From Candidatus Shapirobacteria bacterium (GTDB lineage: Bacteria; Patescibacteriota; Microgenomatia; UBA12405), in assembly GCA_037142555.1 (NCBI GenBank), contig JBAXAJ010000006.1:1-44129 (forward strand): DNA of 44,129 nt. The letters are read 5' to 3'. Shown piece after piece: positions 38,584-44,129 of this stretch. The notes under the pieces were generated by a model. That model saw nothing but the letters and a program-made list of their open reading frames with translations, was not told where the DNA came from and searched no databases. The position numbers were made by a program, and so were the translations under genes. Positions within the stretch are counted from its first letter, which is position 1. Each line of letters starts with the position of its first letter.

Positions 38584-39075
38584 ATGAAAGAAAATAAAAA
38601 AATGGCTCTAGTTATCGGTCGCTTTCAGCCCTTATGTAATCACCATATTGCCATTTTAACTGAACTAGTCACCAAATTTAAACCTAAAAAAATCCTTCTA
38701 GGGGTTGGTGTTTCTGGCGTCATCGACAGTCGAAATTTTTTAACTTTTGATGAAGTTAAAGATCTTCTTCTCCCAGTTTTAAAACAACTTAAAGTTGATT
38801 TTGAAATAAAAGCCATTCCAGACATCAATAATCCGCCAAAATATGCCAAACATGTTGAATCAATTTTCCCCCAAATTAATTCAAAAAACACTCAAATTTT
38901 CACTGAAAACACCTACACCAGCGATTGTTTCATTCAATATGGCCATAATTATCAAGTAATTACTCCAACCATTCTCCCAATCAGAGCCACTGAAATTCGA
39001 GATTTAATCCTTAAAAAAGGCAATTGGCAAAAACATGTTCCACCTCATGTCGCTAAATTTTTAATTCAAAAATAA
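38584..39075 (+). CDS. NadM-like nicotinamide-nucleotide adenylyltransferase
   Basis: IGRFQP, RNFLTFDE, IPDIN, RATEIR...WQKHVP; HxGH motif is degenerate (CNHH). Confidence 0.8.
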   Translation: MKENKKMALVIGRFQPLCNHHIAILTELVTKFKPKKILLGVGVSGVIDSRNFLTFDEVKDLLLPVLKQLKVDFEIKAIPDINNPPKYAKHVESIFPQINSKNTQIFTENTYTSDCFIQYGHNYQVITPTILPIRATEIRDLILKKGNWQKHVPPHVAKFLIQK

Positions 39076-39483
39076 ATTATATTTAACACTATTAGCTTTG
39101 ACAAAACCCATACTTTCATAAAGTTTGTGAGCAGGGATTGCACTATCCAAACAAGTTAAAAAGATAGATTTATAGCCATTTTTTTTAGCGTAATCAATTA
39201 TATATTGAAAAAGTTGTTGAGCAATCTTTTGTTGTCGATATTCTTTCAAAACTGCCACATTAAAAATTTCTAGTGCTGGTTGAAAAGAGAAAGTAAACAG
39301 ATCAATTTTATAAAAAGTCACGCTGCCAACAATTTTTTCTCCGTCTCTAGCCACAACTATTTGATAATTAGCCTCTGGATCAAATTTCTGATAATCACTC
39401 AATTCATTACTGCCATCAAAAACCTCATCAATTAGTTTTTTATATGATTCAATCTCTGATTTTTTTAAAGTCTCAATTGTCAT
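39061..39483 (-). CDS. GNAT acetyltransferase
   Basis: VAVLKEYRQQKIA, AHKLYESMGF. Confidence 0.9.
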   Translation of the reverse strand: MTIETLKKSEIESYKKLIDEVFDGSNELSDYQKFDPEANYQIVVARDGEKIVGSVTFYKIDLFTFSFQPALEIFNVAVLKEYRQQKIAQQLFQYIIDYAKKNGYKSIFLTCLDSAIPAHKLYESMGFVKANSVKYNLFLN

Positions 39484-39486
39484 AAT

Positions 39487-39837
39487 TTATACTTTAATTC
39501 GAACAAAATAGAACTCGCTAGCAACATCTCCATCGGCTTCAAATTTATGAATAGAATTAGCGGGAATGATAATCACATCTTCAGTTTTATACTCAACTAT
39601 TTCATCATTCCAATAAAATTTACCTTTGCCTTTTAAAACAATTCCCATTTCATCATAAAATTCATGTTTATGCCAATCCCATTTATCACCAGAATTAAGT
39701 GTGCCCTTAGTCAAAGCCTCTATATTATCTGTAATAAGATCATCTTTAGTTGCCAATGTTTGTCTTGAACCAGGAGTGTTGTGTATTTCTTCAAATGGAA
39801 CTTCAGATATATTAAAAATCTTAAATTTATTATTCAT
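39487..39837 (-). CDS. Cupin domain protein
   Basis: HKH...E...VLKGKG, IPANSIH. Confidence 0.9.
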   Translation of the reverse strand: MNNKFKIFNISEVPFEEIHNTPGSRQTLATKDDLITDNIEALTKGTLNSGDKWDWHKHEFYDEMGIVLKGKGKFYWNDEIVEYKTEDVIIIPANSIHKFEADGDVASEFYFVRIKV

Positions 39838-39879
39838 AATCTATTATAGATTATTTTAATTTATACAATGAATAGAGCT

Positions 39880-40140
39880 TTACTTCATTTCAAAATATCT
39901 TTCAAGCATCTTGTGAATACTTTTAAAACCCCAACCTGATTTTAAATAAACTTCTCTTCTTTTAGCATCAATTCTGTTTAAAAAAGCTTCGTAATGGATT
40001 AATTCATAGGGGATAAATGGTTTAGTAGCTTTATTTAACCCTTTATTATGTCTATCAAACCTTTTTCTTAAGTCTGAACTATAACCAATGTACAAACTAT
40101 TATTTTTTAAACTCTTAAGTACATAAGTGTAATAAAACAT
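39880..40140 (-). CDS. Small stand-alone GIY-YIG endonuclease
   Basis: YTYVLKS...LYIGYSSDLRKRF..HN.G...A..RE..LKSG. Confidence 0.92.
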   Translation of the reverse strand: MFYYTYVLKSLKNNSLYIGYSSDLRKRFDRHNKGLNKATKPFIPYELIHYEAFLNRIDAKRREVYLKSGWGFKSIHKMLERYFEMK

Positions 40141-40170
40141 ACTTAATTATAATATAAAAATGGAATTTGA

Positions 40171-40243
40171 GCGGGACGTATAATTTGCTTCGCAAATTGA
40201 CGTTCCAGCAACGTTTAAATCACTTTGTGATTTATTACGTTGC
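40171..40243. repeat. Two abutting long hairpins between the tRNA 3' end and the GIY-YIG gene
   Basis: GGGACGT-at-AATTTGC-ttc-GCAAATT-g-ACGTTCC and GCAACGT-t-TAAATCAC-ttt-GTGATTTA-tt-ACGTTGC. Confidence 0.8.
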
Positions 40244-40326
40244 GGTAGGAGAGGGAATTGAACCCCCATGCCCTTGCGAGCGTCCCATTTCGAATGGGGT
40301 GCCTTACCAATTCGGCGCATCCTACC
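40243..40326 (-). tRNA. tRNA-Ser(CGA), CCA not encoded
   Basis: GGTAGGA/TCCTACC acceptor stem, loop TTCGAAA, long variable arm, TTCAATT. Confidence 0.93.
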
Positions 40327-40374
40327 ATTACGAATGAATTTTACACCACAAAGACTTTTTAATCTAATTTTGAC

Positions 40375-40430
40375 AAAAAAAAGACACTGCGTAATTAATG
40401 GGAATTCCCAAAAATTAGTTAGTGTCTTTT
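40375..40430 (-). terminator. Long interrupted hairpin with U-tract after the 205-aa gene
   Basis: AAAAGACACT...TGGGAATTCCCA...AGTGTCTTTT, with an A-run on + (U-run on -). Confidence 0.6.
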
Positions 40431-40445
40431 CCTCATAGGTATTAT

Positions 40446-41063
40446 TTATTTACTGCGTATTGCGTTTGCCTCTGATTCAGAAGCTAAAATTGGTAAATCT
40501 TTTGGTTTACGATTCATATTAATTTTAATCGTCGATTCAGAATCAACGTCTACTTCATTCCACATTCCAGTTGCTGGGTCTACTTTGACTGCAAAAGGGA
40601 AAGCGGTAACTTTAAATTCTGAATAAATAGGGACAACATCTCCATTTTTACGAACAGCCAGGATATACGTTGCATCTGTGTTCTTACTTGAAAACAAACC
40701 ATTTGGTTCAGCTTGTTCAACTACACTGCCGTAGCTGTTGCCAACTACTTGGAGTGGGTTTGTGAGTTGTATGTCAGCTGGCAGTGGGAAACCAATTGTT
40801 GGAGACAAAAACTTAGTTTCACCAGTCATTGAGGCAATAGCACTAAATGTGTTTCTCGCTTCATTTTTAGCCACATAAATTTGGATTAGGTTGTCTCTAT
40901 CTTGTGACCAATTGAAAATTGGTATCGGTTGATTCTTTGCGTAAATTTCTTGCTGAGATTGAACTATTTTACTATCTTTTCCTTCTTGCGTTGGACTACA
41001 TGCTGCTAATCCCCCAATTAAAACAAAACAAATCAAAACTACAAATAAAATCTTTTTAAACAT
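40446..41063 (-). CDS. Lipoprotein of unknown function
   Basis: Lipobox LAAC; QPIPIFNWSQDRDNL, QLTNP, QAEPNGLF; SD AAAGGAGG upstream. Confidence 0.85.
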   Translation of the reverse strand: MFKKILFVVLICFVLIGGLAACSPTQEGKDSKIVQSQQEIYAKNQPIPIFNWSQDRDNLIQIYVAKNEARNTFSAIASMTGETKFLSPTIGFPLPADIQLTNPLQVVGNSYGSVVEQAEPNGLFSSKNTDATYILAVRKNGDVVPIYSEFKVTAFPFAVKVDPATGMWNEVDVDSESTIKINMNRKPKDLPILASESEANAIRSK

Positions 41064-41080
41064 TTTAAAACGCCTCCTTT

Positions 41081-41458
41081 TTAATAAGCACCATGTTCTT
41101 GCAGAAAACTAACTACACTTTCGGGAACGAATTCCTTCTCAATATAGACTCTCTCTGCATTGATTCTTTTGATTATTGCTTTTTCTTGAGCTTCGAGACC
41201 TGCGACAATAGCGTCATTGCTTTTGTCTTTTGAGTACTCTAAAATTTTCACTTCCAAGTCTTGATAGTCTGACACCAACTTAATTAGTAAGTTTTGTTTT
41301 GTTTGCACAAATTCATTACTATTCCGTATGATATTAGTGTCTATCTTCGTCTCTGCTGTCTTGACTGCATAATAATAGACAAGACACCCTGCTGTCACAA
41401 TCGCAAAAATAATAATCCCTAAAAGCAACTTACCTCCAAATTTAAATCCTTCTTTCAT
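41081..41458 (-). CDS. Single-TM coiled-coil hypothetical protein
   Basis: ATG 41458 with SD AAAAGGAG 9 nt upstream. Confidence 0.8.
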   Translation of the reverse strand: MKEGFKFGGKLLLGIIIFAIVTAGCLVYYYAVKTAETKIDTNIIRNSNEFVQTKQNLLIKLVSDYQDLEVKILEYSKDKSNDAIVAGLEAQEKAIIKRINAERVYIEKEFVPESVVSFLQEHGAY

Positions 41459-41661
41459 TACAAACAACTCCTTTTCATTCTTTTATTTTGTTTTTTTTAA
41501 TCCTTTTAACATCTATATCTTTCAGAGCTTTCACTCATTATTTTTATACCTATAAGTTAAAGTGCGATTAGCATTTAAAATTCAATTTTATGACAAGCTT
41601 TTTGCCGATTAAATTTTAATACTGAGGGTGATTATATCCTATATTTTATTTTTTTGCAAAT

Positions 41662-41711
41662 AAAAAACCCTTGATTAAAATTTGACAATGTCAAACTAAA
41701 AACCAAGGGTT
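41662..41711 (-). terminator. Interrupted hairpin with U-tract after the 176-aa gene
   Basis: AACCCTTG...TTTGAC-aat-GTCAAA...CAAGGGTT preceded by an A-run on +. Confidence 0.6.
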
Positions 41712-41714
41712 CAA

Positions 41715-42245
41715 TTAACTTATTTCTAATAATTTTTCTAAATATAGTCTGTTTTTACTTTTTTGAATAATTGATCTAAATTTGCGTTCTGAACAGGTGA
41801 GTAAACACTTATCTTTTAATATTAAAATAAGTTCTCCAATTCTTGATTCGCTAATAATTAAACCATTTTTATCAAATTTTTTAACAGATAGTCCATTCAA
41901 AGAAATAAGTTCTGGTATTACACTTTGAAGTTGTTTAAATTGGGTTTGAGTAATATTTTTAGATAATTTATTACCTAATGGATCAATGAAATCTAATTCG
42001 TCTTTTAAAGCCCAAATCTGATTTTCTGTAGATCTTTTCCCAAGTTCAACCAACATTCTTTCTCGTTCAATCGGTAACAACCAGCCTTCTTTAACTCCAA
42101 TTTTTGATAAATCAATCACTTCATCTTGAAGTGCTATCATTTGAGCTGAAAAAGATCTTAAATGTATCTTCTCAGGTATAAATGATGATGTTGATAAAGC
42201 AACGATTAAAGTTAAAAACATCAAAACAAACAAAAATTTCTTCAC
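41715..42245 (-). CDS. Secreted or membrane-anchored hypothetical protein
   Basis: GTG start giving MKKFLFVLMFL, with SD-like GAGAGGG 8 nt upstream. Confidence 0.6.
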   Translation of the reverse strand: MKKFLFVLMFLTLIVALSTSSFIPEKIHLRSFSAQMIALQDEVIDLSKIGVKEGWLLPIERERMLVELGKRSTENQIWALKDELDFIDPLGNKLSKNITQTQFKQLQSVIPELISLNGLSVKKFDKNGLIISESRIGELILILKDKCLLTCSERKFRSIIQKSKNRLYLEKLLEIS

Positions 42246-42421
42246 TACCGACACCCTCTCTTAAAAAAATTGTTAGAAATATATTTTAAAGTCCAAAACC
42301 AAAAAAGCATTTATTTAAGGTTTTATGAATTTAGATTATACCAATATAACTTAAAATATGCAACATTATAGGTATATTTACACCACAAAGACTTTTTAAT
42401 CTAATTTTGTTATCTTTAATT

Positions 42422-42700
42422 ATGATAAATCTTAAAAAAATCTCAATCGCTTTTGTTCTAGTTTTCTCTGTTTTCTTTCTTGGCGGCTGCCAATCAACCA
42501 CCAAAACTGCAGTTGTCGAAAAAAGTGGTCAAATAATAACCAAATCAGGCGATGAGTACATCATGAAAGTCGGAGACGACATTATTAATGTGACTAGTCA
42601 AAAAGTTGACCTAGATACCTATCTCAAAAAGAATATAAAAGTTTCCGGCATGTTTAGTGGTACCACTCTCTACATCGATTCTCTTGAAGAAGTTAAATAG
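42422..42700 (+). CDS. Small lipoprotein (OB-fold-like)
   Basis: Lipobox LGGC; ATG 42422. Confidence 0.75.
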   Translation: MINLKKISIAFVLVFSVFFLGGCQSTTKTAVVEKSGQIITKSGDEYIMKVGDDIINVTSQKVDLDTYLKKNIKVSGMFSGTTLYIDSLEEVK

Positions 42701-43254
42701 TCATCAATAATTTTCATTATTTGTGGAATCTCTTTAATACCAGATTTTCTTCCCATATGTCCAATATTTGGTATAAAAACCTTATTAGAATTAAATCTCT
42801 CAGCATATTTTTCCAGTTCTTCTTGTGGGTTTAAATGATCATCATTACTATATATAGAATATCTGTTCCCCATTAATTTAATGGCTTTATTAATTTGTTC
42901 TTCATTTGGTTTAAATTCTTTCACTACTTTTTCCAAATCTAGTCTTCCTGAATGGTCATTAAGAAAACCAGCCATACTTATATATAATCCAACAGTCAAA
43001 TTTTTATCAGCTAAATATCTAGGAATAAAATGAGTTCCTAGGCTATGAGCCACAATTATCGTGTTTTTATCAATTTCACTTCTATATTTTTCTAATACAT
43101 CAGACCAACTGGCATAAGTTACCAGTTCTTTAGCTGGGAATGAAGGCAATATCACCTCAAGGCCTCTCCTCTTTGCTTCTTTTTCTACATAAGGTCCAAA
43201 GGTTTCTAAAGTATCTCCATTGTAACCATGGATAACAAACAAATTTATTTTCAT
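42670..43254 (-). CDS. RBBP9/YdeN-family alpha/beta hydrolase
   Basis: IHGY, AHSLG, SNDD, GHM. Confidence 0.88.
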   Translation of the reverse strand: MKINLFVIHGYNGDTLETFGPYVEKEAKRRGLEVILPSFPAKELVTYASWSDVLEKYRSEIDKNTIIVAHSLGTHFIPRYLADKNLTVGLYISMAGFLNDHSGRLDLEKVVKEFKPNEEQINKAIKLMGNRYSIYSNDDHLNPQEELEKYAERFNSNKVFIPNIGHMGRKSGIKEIPQIMKIIDDYLTSSRESM

Positions 43255-43258
43255 AAAG

Positions 43259-43330
43259 TGCGCCTACCAAGAATCGAACTTGGATCAACGGTTTCGCAAA
43301 CCGTCATTCTATCCGTTAAACTATAGGCGC
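43259..43330 (-). tRNA. tRNA-Arg(GCG), CCA not encoded
   Basis: GCGCCTA/TAGGCGC acceptor stem, ACGGT-TTGCGAA-ACCGT, CCAAG-TTCGATT-CTTGG. Confidence 0.93.
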
Positions 43331-43358
43331 GAATAAAACAAATGAATTATACCAAAAT

Positions 43359-43916
43359 CTAGGCTTTTTTCTCGGTTTCTCTCTTTTCCAGTGGCAACCT
43401 GTCGGCAAACCATTTAGTTAGCTTATCAGTGAAGCCAGGGGAATCTTGAACTAGAGGAATTTTTTTAACCACAATATCCTTAATTTTCTCTTTATCTTCC
43501 TTATTAATCACTATCGAAACTTGCCTAGGAAAGCGCAAATTAGTTTCAAATTGAAGCAATTCGCTGTTCAAACTGTCTTTGAACCAAAATCTTGATAATA
43601 AAGTCCAATCATATCTCAATTCACCAAAGTAAACAGCCCTGTTAGTTATCTTATTTTTAATGTTTGATGGTGGAACAGTTGACAACACATAATACAAAAA
43701 TAATATCGAAATTAAGGCAATAATTAAAAAGAATTCTTTAACAAAGAAGAGGATTATTCCAACTAGAACTAGAATTGCGATTGCCGTAATCCAAAAATCT
43801 CGGTCTCTGGTCTTAAACGATCTTTCAGCTGCTTCCCACTCAAATATGACTTTTTCTTCATTTAAGTCAACATTAGTAATGTTCACATTCATTGTTTCTT
43901 TATTTTCTTCAGTCAT
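43359..43916 (-). CDS. Two-TM membrane protein with a C-terminal PH-like domain (CPR-type)
   Basis: FEWEA.ER...R...W, two TM helices, KITNR.V...Y.W..L..FW. Confidence 0.75.
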   Translation of the reverse strand: MTEENKETMNVNITNVDLNEEKVIFEWEAAERSFKTRDRDFWITAIAILVLVGIILFFVKEFFLIIALISILFLYYVLSTVPPSNIKNKITNRAVYFGELRYDWTLLSRFWFKDSLNSELLQFETNLRFPRQVSIVINKEDKEKIKDIVVKKIPLVQDSPGFTDKLTKWFADRLPLEKRETEKKA

Positions 43917-43970
43917 CTAATATTATTCTAAAGCATTTGTCAAAAATTTGATATACTAAACCACTCTCTA

Positions 43971-44053
43971 GGAAGGGTGCGGCGAATGGTAAGCCACAGG
44001 TTTGCTAAACCTGCGTCAGAAATGGCATGTGGGTTCGACTCCCATCCCTTCCG
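43971..44053 (+). tRNA. tRNA-Ser(GCT), CCA not encoded
   Basis: GGAAGGG/CCCTTCC acceptor stem, CAGGT-TTGCTAA-ACCTG, long variable arm, TTCGACT. Confidence 0.96.
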
Positions 44054-44129
44054 CTTTTGGCCTATCTTTCCATGAAATTTGTGTGGTATAGCTACAAACC
44101 CCTAACTTTCCCCTATATTTTTCCCAAAA

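Larger units (their letters stand above)
40340..42409. mobile_element. 2-kb islet bounded by a perfect 33-bp direct repeat, no recombinase
   Basis: TTTACACCACAAAGACTTTTTAATCTAATTTTG at 40340-40372 and 42377-42409. Confidence 0.75.

Noticed and set aside
510-38891. Short antisense or alternate-frame ORFs in the track (e.g. 510-725, 1384-1575, 2677-2940, 4208-4705, 8977-9318, 9967-10326, 16540-16932, 24300-24689, 33184-33717, 38640-38891)
   Set aside because: They lie within well-supported genes and have no motifs; shadow ORFs.
1-44129. CRISPR array, rRNA, IS transposase or alternative genetic code
   Set aside because: No regularly spaced repeats, rRNA or transposase motifs seen. Conserved genes are intact under code 11, and the two split genes break by frameshift at TAA/TAG, not at an in-frame TGA.

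Overview
Compact, AT-rich bacterial chromosome segment read in the standard genetic code. Gene content points to Patescibacteria/CPR, probably Microgenomates-like (inference from the PrgI/VirB4 module, a stand-alone 5'-3' exonuclease, CCA-less tRNAs and tRNA-Arg(GCG)). It holds about 55 CDSs: a T4SS-like ATPase module, trxB, mutM, an Rrf2-cysteine desulfurase fusion operon with iscU, a CRP/pseudo-response-regulator/GGDEF trio, a CsoR-CopA copper operon, coaD/coaE, nadE/NadM-like, rubrerythrin, a MATE pump and many accessory genes. There are four tRNAs (Ser-GGA, Ser-CGA, Arg-GCG, Ser-GCT). Main observations: (1) several families of tiny palindromic or heptamer elements inserted into genes, including a 30-bp hairpin in frame in a glycosyltransferase and a 31-bp relative splitting a duplicated tRNA 5' fragment, with a tRNA-linked small GIY-YIG nuclease as a candidate mobiliser; (2) an Rrf2-IscS fusion with a consensus promoter and a 9-7-9 operator; (3) a 2-kb islet bounded by a perfect 33-bp direct repeat whose genes have Shine-Dalgarno sites, whereas many resident genes look leaderless; (4) a FEN-like nuclease ending in a beta-clamp motif; (5) two probable single-base frameshifts. 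All calls come from reading motifs; no database searches were run.
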